From positions 455-64,454 of the forward strand of contig CAZTCT010000001.1 of assembly GCA_964612415.1 (NCBI GenBank): a stretch of 64,000 bases of DNA, read 5' to 3'. The notes under the pieces are model-generated. The model did no database searches, was not told where the DNA came from, and saw nothing but the letters and a program-made list of their open reading frames with translations. Below, one piece after another: positions 1-10,067 of the stretch. Positions within the stretch are counted from its first letter, which is position 1. The number at the start of each line of letters is the position of its first letter. Position numbers and translations under genes: made by a program. Source of the stretch: an uncultured Candidatus Saccharibacteria bacterium (GTDB lineage Bacteria > Patescibacteriota > Minisyncoccia > Phycocordibacterales > CAYRGE01).

Positions 1-2695
1 GAAGTTGACGAGTGTAGTTGTGGCTGAGCCAGAGAATACACCTGTTGCAACCTTCGTTCCGCTTGAGTTGTAAAGATCAACTGTACCGCTCTGAAGTACT
101 GCTGATGAGGTTGAAGCTGTAGGCCCCGTCAACTGAAGTGGGAGACGTCCGCTTCCTGAAAGGAAGGAGATATCTTCGTTCGTTGCGTGGATCTTCAATA
201 CACCGAGTGTTACGCCTGACTGACCACCTGCCGCAACAGCGTATGCTGGGCTTGAAGCGTCAAGAGTAATAGTGTAGCTACCACCGCTCTTAAGTGTCAT
301 GGTACCTGCTGTTCCAGAGGTGATTGCAAGCGTTACGCTTGAACCACTTGATACACCTGTACCAGTGAAGCTTGTACCTGTTGCCCATGCGATCGTGTGA
401 TCAGCGGTCAAGTTGGTCGGAATGTCACACTTTACTGCAACTGTCTTGACTGTTCCCTTAGGAATGACAAGTGCTGTGTTGAAGTTGAATGTGTAGTTTG
501 TATCCGATGTTGGGTTGACTGCGTTGTTCGTCAACTGTGTATCACCATCAAAGGCAAGACAGTTGGTTGGGTACGAAGTACCTGTCGGAGTAGTAATAGC
601 AAACGATGCTGAGTTCACGCGGACATCCTCGCCTGATGCGGTTGCATCAAACTGGTAGTTAGCCATCGTGAATCTCGCAACACCCATCACCACGTTCTGT
701 GAAGCTGGGGTGTTTGCAACTGTAACAGTTGTTGTAGCACCCTTAACAGTCATCGTGTTCATTGTCACGAGAGCTGATGGCACCGTGATTGAGTTGCCAG
801 TAACCTGACCTGTTATGTTTGTCCAGTCGTCATTTGGCGTTGTTGACGCAATGACTGTCTGGCCATTCGTAAAGTCAGTTCCAAGCTTACCCTTCAAGGT
901 GTAAGTGTGCATACCTGTACCAATAGTCACCGTGTCGGTGAAGGTAGCAGTTCCGACTGCACCTGTACCAGATCCATCAACTGGACCAGCTACGATAGCA
1001 CCGTTCTCATCATAGAGAGCGATGTTGGTGATGTCGTTTGCTGCACCACCTGTTCCTGAGACCAAGTAGTTGAATACCATCTGCTGGACAGAGACCGGCT
1101 CGCCCTTAAGGTCGATCGTGAAGCCACCGAGTGGTTGATCGTTGACGTTAATAGCGATGTTCTGAGCCGCAACAGAACCAGCCTTAGAGACTGTTGTTAC
1201 GTTACCAGAGTTGATGGTCTTCTGGATACCGTCATACCACGGAGTGGTTGCAGTGAGTTCCTGTGTGCTGTTTGAAGCAGCTGTGTTTCCTGCAGATGGA
1301 GTAACACCGTAGCCATAGATCTCACCTACGAGCACAACGTCAGTTGTCTTGTAGATGTCGAACTTGACTGTGCGGTTTGCTCCACCCAAGACGTCACCCT
1401 TTACAGTAACCTCTACAGAGTTTCCTTTGCCCATAACGATGCCTGTTCCGAAGTTTGACGTGAAGTACTTACCATCAGCAGAAACTACTGTTGGATAAGA
1501 TGTACCGTCAACTACAGTGACAACGTTTGAGAAGTCCCCTGCAGCAACTGAACCAGACTGGTACCACCTGACTGATGTCAAGCGGAGAGCCTCGTTTGAT
1601 CCAGCTGTAAGACGAACACCAGCAAATACATGGTCTGCCTCGCCGATGTCGACAGTGGTGTCAGCGTCGGTAAGTGATGAGACCTGTACGCTTACTGACC
1701 CGAGGGCAAGTGTAGCGTTGATGGTGTGAGCAGCACCCGTGATTGGGAGCGTACCTGTTACTGGGCTCGTTGAGTCGATTCCGACAACAGAGAGCGTAGC
1801 AACTTCACCAGGCTTTACGTTGCCTTGTGTGTTCATGTTACCCGCAACGGTAAGTGTGCGTGAGGTGCCTGCCTTGACGACGAATGTTCCACCGACTGTT
1901 GCCTGGTGGAGTGAGTTCAACGTCTTCTGGAGACCAACAAGGTTTCCGTTCTCATCCAAGAGGACGAGTCCAGAGAAGTTGATGTCCTGTGCAAGACCTG
2001 TGCGCTGTACTGTGATGCCGTTAACTGTTACGTCCTGTGATCCTGCTGTGAGGATGACACGTGTGAACGGAACATTTGAAGCATTGTACGGAGCAAGTGA
2101 GTTTGAAGGCTGTGCACCTGCGGTAACCAAAAGTTGGTTTGCGCCGGTAACAACTCCAGTTCCTGTACCTGTTCCGGTGCCAGTTCCTGTACCTGTACCT
2201 GTTGCTGTCAATTGATTCAACTTAGCACGTGTTGAAGCTCCTACGTAACCAGTGCCTGATGTAAGGCCAACTGGAGCGAGAACCTCAGACGCGTACATGT
2301 TCTGGAACTTCACAACAGCAGCCTTGGTCAAAGAACCAAAGTAGGTTGATTCACTTCCAGGTGATCCAGCTCCTGTTGAAGCAACTTGTGTGCCTGCATT
2401 GGAGTTGAGGACCTTCTGAAGCATCATGACATCGTCACCCGTCATACCTGTTGTAAGGTTACGTGTGAATGTGTACCCTGCAGGAACACCAGAAACTCCA
2501 GTGCCACCTGTGGTTGTACCACCTGTCAATCCAGCGATTTGCGCCTGCAATGCTGCAATTTGCGCCATCAATGTATTGATGATGTCTTGTGTTGTTTGTG
2601 CTGACGCAGTAGAAACGAAAGCTCCTGCTGCGAGGACGAGACCGGTGGTAACACCAGCGACCGCCTTTGTTGCACGTGATTTAAATATACTCATG
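1..2695 (-). CDS. Large secreted cell-surface protein, N-terminal ~900 aa; the C-terminus runs off the window start. Signal peptide, a peptidoglycan-binding-like domain, a (Thr-Gly)n linker, then repeated Thr/Gly/Val-rich beta-type domains.
   Basis: The reverse-strand frame looks open from ATG at 2695..2693 down to position 1. It is not in the ORF track because it has no in-window stop. The N-terminus MSIFKSRATKAVAGVTTGLVLAAGAFVSTASAQ looks like a signal peptide. GMTGDDVMMLQKVLNS...YFGSLTKAAVVKFQ resembles a PG_binding_1 domain. A TGTGTGTGTGTGTG linker follows. Translated by eye, so an overlooked stop is possible. Confidence 0.55.
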
Positions 2696-3308
2696 TTTTG
2701 TAATTGTGTTCGCCTACGCAATACTCATTAGTTGTAAAGATATCAATGTTTGCGTAAACGTGTGTGCACATGTTTTAGATGTGCGTACTTTCATTAACTT
2801 CACTTCCTTTGTGCGCTTTTTATTAAATGTGGTGCGCCCAAGAAGAAAGATTCGTTACCAATAATTTTGAATGACTCTTTTGCATGAAGCGCAAGAATCA
2901 ATCGGTCGACCATACCATTGTCGTATGACAACGACATGATACGACCGCAACGAGAAAGAAATTTGTGTTACCTCCCCGTTGTGGTCGGGCCATGCCCCAT
3001 CACAACAACAAACTTCACACTTAGGTTTTCTGTGCGATTTTACACGCACAGCTCACGCAACGCTCATCTCTATACAGAGAAAGAGCGCACGATACCCTCC
3101 CTCTATTATAGATGAGGGTGGGAGCGCCTCGCAAAAAGGCTAATGTGGATAACTGTATTGGAAATTCGAGGTTTTTCACGAAGTTGCTATATTCTACTTA
3201 AAAAAGACAAAAAGTCAATTTACATAAGGATTTTTGCGGGGGCTCAGTCTCTCATTTTATGTAAAAAATTTCCAAAAAAGTTACACCTGATTCCCTCTCT
3301 TTGAACTC

Positions 3309-4148
3309 CTACGCCCTTATGGAGTACCTACTCCAGCGCCTCTCTCCAGCTCGTACAACCAAATTGTCTTTTATAAGCGCAATCAGCTCTCTTTGCACCG
3401 TCTTCTCACTACATCCAGGGATCGCTTGAGCAATGTCTTTTATAGTAAGATCTGACTTTCTTTGCAGAAGTTTTATGATCGTCGTGCGTCGCTTGCCTTT
3501 CTCCTTGGGGACAAGTCCGGCAAGTGGTGCACTAAAAGATCTATAAGGGACATTTTTAAGGACATTATTGCTGTCCTTTAGTTGTCTTATAGAAGTACCT
3601 CCCTCCTCACCTCCAGATCCCTCTTTTTTATCTAGGGCAGACATTGCATTCCCTCTCCCAGAAAAAGACATCGTGTTGACCGGTGCTGGAGTAACTGATT
3701 CATCTACCTTTAAAAACTCCTGAGTAATTGGAATGTCCTTGGCTAAACCATTGGCGCTCGGATCCTTGCGGAGAAGCTCAATAAGGTGAAGGTATTCCTT
3801 CTTAAGGAGCGAGAAATTCATATCAGAAATGAGCCCCGAGAGACGTGCAATCTCAAGGACAGCAACAACGCCTTCGGCTAACTGAGCGCAGTGAAGTAAG
3901 GCATCAAAATGCCCGGCATGATTTTCTCCATGGAGCGCTCTCACGCCCTCCAAAAAGCGTAGGCTCTCCTGGCGAACATGCCACTTTAGTGGCTCATTGT
4001 CCGATAGTATGCCGCTGGTCATGTATACCGCAGCGGTAAGGCGCTCTGCCTTTTTTAGGACAAAATAAAAGATTCTGTCATTCTCAATATAAGACAAAGA
4101 TTGCTCTTTGCTTGTAAATTCAGGGTTTTTTGACTCTTGGGTGTCCAT
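3309..4148 (-). CDS. Hypothetical protein with a C-terminal winged-helix HTH; putative transcriptional regulator.
   Basis: 279 aa ORF. The C-terminal segment KGKRRTTIIKLLQRKSDLTIKDIAQAIPGCSEKTVQRELIALIKDNLVVRAGERRWSRY looks like a DeoR/MarR-type wHTH. The N-terminal ~200 aa has no recognisable motif. Confidence 0.45.
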   Translation of the reverse strand: MDTQESKNPEFTSKEQSLSYIENDRIFYFVLKKAERLTAAVYMTSGILSDNEPLKWHVRQESLRFLEGVRALHGENHAGHFDALLHCAQLAEGVVAVLEIARLSGLISDMNFSLLKKEYLHLIELLRKDPSANGLAKDIPITQEFLKVDESVTPAPVNTMSFSGRGNAMSALDKKEGSGGEEGGTSIRQLKDSNNVLKNVPYRSFSAPLAGLVPKEKGKRRTTIIKLLQRKSDLTIKDIAQAIPGCSEKTVQRELIALIKDNLVVRAGERRWSRYSIRA

Positions 4149-4479
4149 AAGAAATCCTTATTTAAGGACATATCACTTCTTATACACGCTCATCCTGCTG
4201 TCCTACTGTTGCCTTTTAGATTTTCGCCCATTGCCTACCTCGTACGAACCTGTCCTTTGGTTCATTCTGCCGTCTTATACAAAAGAAAGTACTAATGTGT
4301 CCATTATATACCCCCCGAAACAAATGTAAACCAGTCCTTTACTTCTTGTCTTTTTATCCGCTTATACAAGCTCCTTCAGGATCACTTCCTTGAGAAATTG
4401 TATCCGTCGTATAATTCACACTCTAAATGCAGCCCCTCCTCGTGGTATTATTAGCGACAAATAAAGCTTCGTTTATATT

Positions 4480-6705
4480 ATGGCGCGCAAGAGAAAAAAT
4501 GATGGTGAGGGTATCCTCTCTGGACTCAAAGATGAGACGCGACACAGCATACTCGCTGTGGTGTTTTTTGTTTTAGCAGGATTTTTTGTACTTGCTTCCT
4601 GGAGCATGGCTGGCAGTGGTGGAGAATATTTATTCCGATGGTTTCAGTATCTTCTAGGTACTGGGTATGTCATCCTCCCCCTTCTTTCATTACTTTTGTC
4701 TGTGTCTTTCTTTAAGGAGACGCGCCCAAACTTTGCTCTTCCTGCAACTATCGGAGGGGTGTTGTTTTTCATCTCCGCGCTCGGACTCATACATCTCATC
4801 GGAAGCGGCGAGGCAGCTGGCATTGCTGGAAAGATCATTGCAATTCCCTTACTAAAGCTTTTTGATACAGTAGTAACCACTCTCTTTTTGTCTGCGCTAC
4901 TCATAATTTCTCTGCTTGTAATGTTTAATGCACGACCCCGCCTTCCGAAAGAGTTTATTCTTTTTAGAAACCCTTTTGCTGGAAAAAAGAAGGAGAAGGA
5001 GCTTCACATAGAAATGGGCACGTCTGTTGATGAGGAAGAAGAGAATGATGAGGAGGAAGAAGATGATGAGGAAGAGGAGGGCGAAGATGACACTGACGAT
5101 GATGAGGATGAGAACGAGGAGGAGACCCCTCAAGTACATAAAGGCTCCAAAGAAGAGGTAGCAGGGTCAATCATGCTCTCTACGGCATCATTCGCCTCAA
5201 TACCATTTGTTCCTCCCCCCCTCTCACTTCTTGAGGGTGACAAAGGAAAACCAGGTTTTGGAGACGTAAAAGCAAATGCAAACGTTATACAAAGGACTCT
5301 GCGCAATTTCGGAATTGATGTAGAAATGGACGAGGTAGACATTGGACCTTCAGTTACCCGTTATTCATTCAAGCCAGCAGAGGGTGTACGCATATCTAAA
5401 ATATTGAGCCTCCAGAATAATCTTGAGCTTGCGCTTGCCGCACATCCTGTACGTATTGAAGCACCTATTCCGGGGAAATCGCTTGTTGGAATAGAAGTCC
5501 CTAATACCACCCGCACCGTAGTTGGGCTTCGCTCCTTGCTTGGAGCTCCAGAGTTTCAAAGCTCTGACAAACCGCTTATGTTCGCGCTTGGCCGCGGAGT
5601 AACTGGGAAACTTCACTTTGCTGATCTTGCAAAAATGCCCCACCTTTTGATCGCTGGAACAACAGGATCTGGAAAATCAGTCATGGTACACGCGCTTATT
5701 AACTCTCTCCTATTTAGAAATCCGCCAGAGAACATGCGTTTTATTATGGTAGATCCAAAGCGCGTTGAGCTTACCGTCTACAATAAGACGCCCCACATGC
5801 TCACACCGACAATAACAGACCCGAAGAAGGCCATCCTCGCACTCAAGTGGGCAGGAAAAGAAATGGAGCGACGCTACGACGTACTTGAGGCCGAAGGCGT
5901 CCGAAACATAGCCTCATATCACAAAACCATCGTTGAGCCCGCATACGCTAAGGCAAACAAGCACGGCGCAGGCGACCCAGAAGACTCAGAGACGCTCCCT
6001 GAGCAAATGCCATATATTGTCGTTATTATTGATGAACTCGCCGATATCATGGCAACGTACCCAAGAGAGCTTGAAGCTGCCATTGTTCGTCTCGCCCAAA
6101 TGAGTCGTGCGGTGGGAATACACCTCGTGCTCTCAACCCAAAGACCGTCTGTGAATGTCATCACTGGACTTATTAAGGCCAACATCCCTTCTCGAATTGC
6201 ATTCCAGGTGATCTCGCAGATTGACTCACGCACCATTCTTGACACAGGAGGTGCTGAGAAACTTTTGGGCGCAGGAGACATGCTCTACCTCTCTGGAGAT
6301 ATGTCTAAACCTACGCGCCTACAATCAGCATTCCTTTCAGAACAAGAAGTAAAGAAGGTGGTAGGCCACTTCAATAAACGCTACGGCGACAGCTACCAGC
6401 ACGAAGAAATGCTTCTCACATCCCCAGGAGAGACCACTGCTCAAAACGGAGGATCAATCTTTGAGCAAGATCTTGAGGGGGGCGATGATGATGATTTGTA
6501 CGAAGATGCACGCGCCTTGGTTATTGAAACAAAGAAAGCCTCTACCTCCTTCTTGCAAAGAAAGCTCCGGATCGGTTATTCACGCGCCGCTCGACTCATA
6601 GATCTCCTTGAGGAACGAGGTGTTATCGGTCCAAAAGATGGCTCAAAGGATCGGGAAATACTTGAGGGAGGGGGTGTGGAAGACGAAGAGGAAGAGGAGC
6701 GCTAA
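4480..6705 (+). CDS. ftsK: DNA translocase FtsK/SpoIIIE.
   Basis: N-terminal TM segments, then a ~60-aa poly-Asp/Glu linker. Walker A is LIAGTTGSGKSV and Walker B is IVVIIDELADIM. The C-terminal gamma domain reads TSFLQRKLRIGYSRAARLIDLLEERGVI. Confidence 0.95.
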   Translation: MARKRKNDGEGILSGLKDETRHSILAVVFFVLAGFFVLASWSMAGSGGEYLFRWFQYLLGTGYVILPLLSLLLSVSFFKETRPNFALPATIGGVLFFISALGLIHLIGSGEAAGIAGKIIAIPLLKLFDTVVTTLFLSALLIISLLVMFNARPRLPKEFILFRNPFAGKKKEKELHIEMGTSVDEEEENDEEEEDDEEEEGEDDTDDDEDENEEETPQVHKGSKEEVAGSIMLSTASFASIPFVPPPLSLLEGDKGKPGFGDVKANANVIQRTLRNFGIDVEMDEVDIGPSVTRYSFKPAEGVRISKILSLQNNLELALAAHPVRIEAPIPGKSLVGIEVPNTTRTVVGLRSLLGAPEFQSSDKPLMFALGRGVTGKLHFADLAKMPHLLIAGTTGSGKSVMVHALINSLLFRNPPENMRFIMVDPKRVELTVYNKTPHMLTPTITDPKKAILALKWAGKEMERRYDVLEAEGVRNIASYHKTIVEPAYAKANKHGAGDPEDSETLPEQMPYIVVIIDELADIMATYPRELEAAIVRLAQMSRAVGIHLVLSTQRPSVNVITGLIKANIPSRIAFQVISQIDSRTILDTGGAEKLLGAGDMLYLSGDMSKPTRLQSAFLSEQEVKKVVGHFNKRYGDSYQHEEMLLTSPGETTAQNGGSIFEQDLEGGDDDDLYEDARALVIETKKASTSFLQRKLRIGYSRAARLIDLLEERGVIGPKDGSKDREILEGGGVEDEEEEER

Positions 6706-6731
6706 ATTTGTTATAATTGTAAGTAATTATT

Positions 6732-7133
6732 ATGCGTAGAGTTACATCCATCCTAAAGATGTCTGCTGTCTTGAGTGTGATTATGATTGTAGGAGGATAC
6801 GCATATCTAACTTCTGAAAACTTCATTGAAGGACCAAGCATTGACGTAAAATCACTCTCAAGTGGCATGACTGTCACCGACCCCCTTCTCTCCATAAAAG
6901 GTAGTGCGTCACAGATCTCTTTTATAAATATGAATGATAGAAAAATTTTCACTGATGAGAATGGGGTCTTCAAGGAAGAAATACTGCTCTACCCTGGCTA
7001 CAACGCCATCACGATTACCGCACAAGACAGATTTAACCGCAAGATTGAAAAAACTCTTGAGGTTGTTTATAAAGAAAAAGATACTGGTCCTGCTACCGCA
7101 TTCACAAATACAGCATCACCGGTCACCAATTAA
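6732..7133 (+). CDS. Hypothetical membrane-anchored or secreted protein.
   Basis: 133 aa with an N-terminal hydrophobic anchor (SAVLSVIMIVGGYAYL). No recognisable motif. Confidence 0.4.
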   Translation: MRRVTSILKMSAVLSVIMIVGGYAYLTSENFIEGPSIDVKSLSSGMTVTDPLLSIKGSASQISFINMNDRKIFTDENGVFKEEILLYPGYNAITITAQDRFNRKIEKTLEVVYKEKDTGPATAFTNTASPVTN

Positions 7134-7155
7134 CCCGTAAGTATAAATCAGAAAT

Positions 7156-8187
7156 ATGCCTGTAAAGAAAAAGAAGGAGGTTGTATCTAAAGACACTACA
7201 TCCGTTGACGACGCAATCGCATCTATTAAGACACGCTTTGGAGAAGGAGCCATTATGCGCCTCGGGGAGCGCCCTAAGGTCAATATAGATGCCATCCGGA
7301 CAGGGTCCATGGGGCTTGATTACGCTCTTGGTGTAGGAGGATTGCCTCGTGGAAGGATTGTCGAGATATACGGCCCAGAATCTTCTGGAAAAACCACCCT
7401 CGCCCTTCATGCCATCGCAGAGGCCCAAAAAGGAGGTGGTATCTGTGCATTCGTTGATGCCGAACACGCCATGGACCCAGACTATGCAAAAAAACTAGGG
7501 GTCAACATTAACGAGCTTCTTATCTCACAACCTGACACAGGAGAGCAAGCACTTGAGATCACAGAGAGTCTCGTTCGCTCCGGAAAAATAGACTTGATCG
7601 TAGTCGACTCAGTGGCAGCACTGACCCCCAAAGATGAAATAGAGGGAGATATGGGAGCGCAGCATGTAGGAAAGCAGGCTCGCCTTATGTCTCAGGCGCT
7701 TCGCAAACTCACTGCTATCGTCGCAAAAAGTAAAACCATCGTAATTTTCATCAATCAAATCCGCATGCAAATCGGTGTTATGTTCGGAAACCCCGAAACA
7801 ACTCCGGGAGGTAAGGCGTTGAAATTCTATACATCAGTGCGTATTGATGTCCGCAGGATCGCGCAAATAAAAAAAGGAGAAGAGGTGATCGGCGGGAGGG
7901 TCCGGGCAAAGGTTGTTAAGAACAAAGTAGCTGCTCCATTCCGCGTTGCTGAGTTTGACCTCCTTTATAATGAGGGCATCTCAAGGGAAGGAGAGATACT
8001 TGCATTGGGCGAAAAATTCAATATTATCGATAAATCTGGATCTTCTTACGGGTTTGGAAATGTGAAGCTTGGTCGTGGGTATGATGCCACGCGCCAGTTT
8101 TTGAAGGAAAACCCGAAGATTACCCAAGAAATTATCAAGGAAATCAAGAAACGCTTCACAGAAACAAGCGCTTCAGAAAAGCAGTAA
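7156..8187 (+). CDS. recA: Recombinase RecA.
   Basis: Walker [14 protein letters not shown], the FVDAEHA motif and the L2 loop region. Typical length of 343 aa. Confidence 0.97.
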   Translation: MPVKKKKEVVSKDTTSVDDAIASIKTRFGEGAIMRLGERPKVNIDAIRTGSMGLDYALGVGGLPRGRIVEIYGPESSGKTTLALHAIAEAQKGGGICAFVDAEHAMDPDYAKKLGVNINELLISQPDTGEQALEITESLVRSGKIDLIVVDSVAALTPKDEIEGDMGAQHVGKQARLMSQALRKLTAIVAKSKTIVIFINQIRMQIGVMFGNPETTPGGKALKFYTSVRIDVRRIAQIKKGEEVIGGRVRAKVVKNKVAAPFRVAEFDLLYNEGISREGEILALGEKFNIIDKSGSSYGFGNVKLGRGYDATRQFLKENPKITQEIIKEIKKRFTETSASEKQ

Positions 8188-8199
8188 TACCCTACCCCT

Positions 8200-8769
8200 A
8201 TGCTTAATTACAATGAAGTACTTCCTAAAAAGTACATTGTTTTAGATGGTGAACCTTACATTGTGCTCTCAAGTCATGTATTCCGAAAGCAAATGCGCAA
8301 GCCGGTGAATCAAACAAAGCTCAAAAACCTCATCACAGGAAAGGTGGTTGAGCGCGCTTTTCACCAAGCCGAAACAATAGATGAAGCGGATATTGAGGAA
8401 CGCGACATGGCGTTTATTTATGCACGCAAGGGAGAATGTTGGTTTGCAAGCCCTGAGAACAAAGGTGAGCGCGTATCCCTCACAGAAGAGCTCGTCGGGG
8501 ACACCATCCGCTTCCTTAAAGAAGGCTCTGTCGTTCGAGCGCTTGTCTTTGATGAAGATGTTATCGGCATCCTCCCCCCGATAAAAGTAGACTTGGCAGT
8601 AACTGAGGCCCCGCCAAGCACCAAAGGCAATACTGCGCAGGGCGGAACAAAGCAAGTGACCCTTGAAACGGGCGCGCGGATAAACGTTCCTCTATTTATA
8701 AATGAAGGGGATGTCTTGCGTATCAACACAGAAACAGGAGAATACGTTGAGCGTGTAGGCAAAAAATAG
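8200..8769 (+). CDS. efp: Translation elongation factor P.
   Basis: 189 aa with an EF-P fold from end to end: DGEPYIVL...KLKNLITG...GDVLRINTETGEYVERV. It starts immediately downstream of recA. Confidence 0.9.
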   Translation: MLNYNEVLPKKYIVLDGEPYIVLSSHVFRKQMRKPVNQTKLKNLITGKVVERAFHQAETIDEADIEERDMAFIYARKGECWFASPENKGERVSLTEELVGDTIRFLKEGSVVRALVFDEDVIGILPPIKVDLAVTEAPPSTKGNTAQGGTKQVTLETGARINVPLFINEGDVLRINTETGEYVERVGKK

Positions 8770-8792
8770 AGTGAGAAAAAGAGGTTAAAGAT

Positions 8793-8822
8793 AAACGGCT
8801 CAACCGATCGGTTGAGCCGTTT
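8793..8822 (+). terminator. Rho-independent terminator after efp, copy 1 of a recurring palindromic element.
   Basis: Perfect palindrome AAACGGCTCAACC-GATC-GGTTGAGCCGTTT followed by ATTTTCTTTATTTT. Confidence 0.7.
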
Positions 8823-8852
8823 ATTTTCTTTATTTTAGAGGCTTTTTTAGAG

Positions 8853-8881
8853 AAACGGTTCAATCGTTGATTGAGCCGTTT
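8853..8881. repeat. Second, slightly diverged copy of the same palindromic element.
   Basis: AAACGGTTCAATC-GTTG-ATTGAGCCGTTT with one G-U-type mismatch. It lies between convergent efp and rpsR. Confidence 0.6.
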
Positions 8882-8893
8882 CTTCCCCTCAGC

Positions 8894-9091
8894 CTAGCGA
8901 GCAATATAAGGCAAAAGCCCAAGGAACCTTGCCCTCTTCACAGCTTGCGCAAGCTGCCGTTGATGTGTCGCGCATACCCCAGTACGACGACGTGGCATGA
9001 TACGCGCATGAGGATTAAGAAACTTTTTAATAGTTTCCGTGTCCTTGTAGTCAATCGCTTTTATGTTGTTGATGGAAAAATAGCACTGCAT
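8894..9091 (-). CDS. rpsR: 30S ribosomal protein S18.
   Basis: IDYKDTETIKKFLNPHARIMPRRRTGVCATHQRQLAQAVKRARFLGLLPY matches the conserved S18 core. Last gene of the rpsF-ssb-rpsR operon. Confidence 0.9.
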   Translation of the reverse strand: MQCYFSINNIKAIDYKDTETIKKFLNPHARIMPRRRTGVCATHQRQLAQAVKRARFLGLLPYIAR

Positions 9092-9096
9092 AATTC

Positions 9097-9552
9097 TTAA
9101 AATGGAATGTCGTCAGGATTAATTTCTTCGTCTGGATATTCAATGGTATCAATTTGTTCTTCTTTGGTTTTTGCTCCTTTCTTTGAACTTCCTTCAGAGA
9201 ATGATTTCTCTTCTGATGAAGCTCCCCTTTTTGGCCCAAACTGCACACGATCAGCAATGACCTCAGTACGGTACTTTTTGTTCCCGTCTTTATCATCCCA
9301 GCTGCGTGTCTGCATTCGCCCTTCGATCATGACCGAGTCTCCTTTATGGAGGTACTGAGCAGCAGTTTCTGCTTGCCTCCCAAACACCACGATATTGTGG
9401 TAGTCCGTCTCCTCCTTGCGATTGCCGCTTGAATCTTTCCAGACTCTATTGGTTGCCACACTAAAGGTAGTGACACTTGTCCCTGAAGGAAGGGCCTTGG
9501 TCTCAGGATCACGCGTCAAGTTGCCGATAAGAATGGCTTTGTTTAAGTACAT
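9097..9552 (-). CDS. ssb: Single-stranded DNA-binding protein.
   Basis: OB-fold N-terminus (KAILIGNLTRDPE...). Gly/Ser/acidic tail ending in DIPF. Confidence 0.92.
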   Translation of the reverse strand: MYLNKAILIGNLTRDPETKALPSGTSVTTFSVATNRVWKDSSGNRKEETDYHNIVVFGRQAETAAQYLHKGDSVMIEGRMQTRSWDDKDGNKKYRTEVIADRVQFGPKRGASSEEKSFSEGSSKKGAKTKEEQIDTIEYPDEEINPDDIPF

Positions 9553-9556
9553 ACGC

Positions 9557-10033
9557 TTAGCTTACAAGCTCTTTGATAGCCTCGTCAAGCTGTGCGTCAG
9601 AAACGGCTCCTCCTTGAGGAGATCCCCCCTCTTCCTCAGGAAGCTGCTGCTGCGTCGGACGAGAGACTCCTTCTTGAGTGTGCATAAGGAGAGATCGAAT
9701 GATAGTTTCTTTAGCACCGATCCTCTTGCCGATGGTATCTGCGGCTTGGGGAGTTGCTCGAAATTGCACCCAGCCGAAGTAGGCAGACTCATGTGTGGTC
9801 TTTTTATTCCCCACTTTGTGGTCAATGGAGTACGCAAGCTTGATGAGAGAGAGGCTACCTTCAGAGCCTATTTCCCCACCTTCCCCCTCAATAATAGCGT
9901 GTACATCCTCTACTTCCTTTGCGGTAGCGTCCTCGCCTACAAAAGGAGATACGAGAAAAGCTACCTCGTAGAGCGAGGCCTCTTTGGTATCTGCTTTTTG
10001 TGCTGTTTTTTTCTCAGCCATGGTATCGCCCAT
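9557..10033 (-). CDS. rpsF: 30S ribosomal protein S6 with an acidic/Gln-rich C-terminal extension.
   Basis: YEVAFLVSP...AYSIDHKVGNKKTTHESAYFGWVQF matches S6. The ORF track extends the start to 10156, but that overlaps the upstream tatD-like gene, so the internal start MGDTMAEKK at 10033 is preferred. The tail reads QQQLPEEEGGSPQGG... Confidence 0.85.
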   Translation of the reverse strand: MGDTMAEKKTAQKADTKEASLYEVAFLVSPFVGEDATAKEVEDVHAIIEGEGGEIGSEGSLSLIKLAYSIDHKVGNKKTTHESAYFGWVQFRATPQAADTIGKRIGAKETIIRSLLMHTQEGVSRPTQQQLPEEEGGSPQGGAVSDAQLDEAIKELVS

Positions 10034-10067
10034 ACTAACAAACGCCCTTTTAAAAGTCAAAGAGTGC

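Noticed and set aside
2160-2215. A GT-rich tandem repeat (CCTGTACCTGTTCC...) that might be a microsatellite or a CRISPR-like repeat.
   Set aside because: It lies inside the reverse-strand coding frame of the surface protein, where it encodes the (Thr-Gly)n linker. There are no spacer-repeat periodicity or cas genes. No CRISPR array was seen anywhere in the window.
2855-3115. Two mutually overlapping 64-65 aa ORFs in the 613-bp region upstream of the surface-protein gene.
   Set aside because: They overlap each other on opposite strands, lack ribosome-binding sites, and have a skewed composition. More likely a non-coding promoter or leader region.
4386-4415. A possible ftsK promoter with a perfect TATAAT at 4410..4415.
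   Set aside because: The only upstream -35 candidates are TTGAGA with a 14-nt spacer or TTCCTT with an 18-nt spacer, both poor. It may be a -10-only promoter, but the evidence is too weak to list as a feature.
4897-5342. Minus-strand ORFs (80, 68 and 70 aa) overlapping the ftsK linker.
   Set aside because: They are antisense to the poly-GAT/GAG acidic-linker coding repeat of ftsK, so they are low-complexity artefacts.
9051-9296. An 81-aa minus-strand ORF overlapping the rpsR/ssb junction, and the 249-aa plus-strand ORF at 9416..10165.
   Set aside because: Both are out-of-frame overlaps of confidently identified ssb and rpsF and have no independent support.
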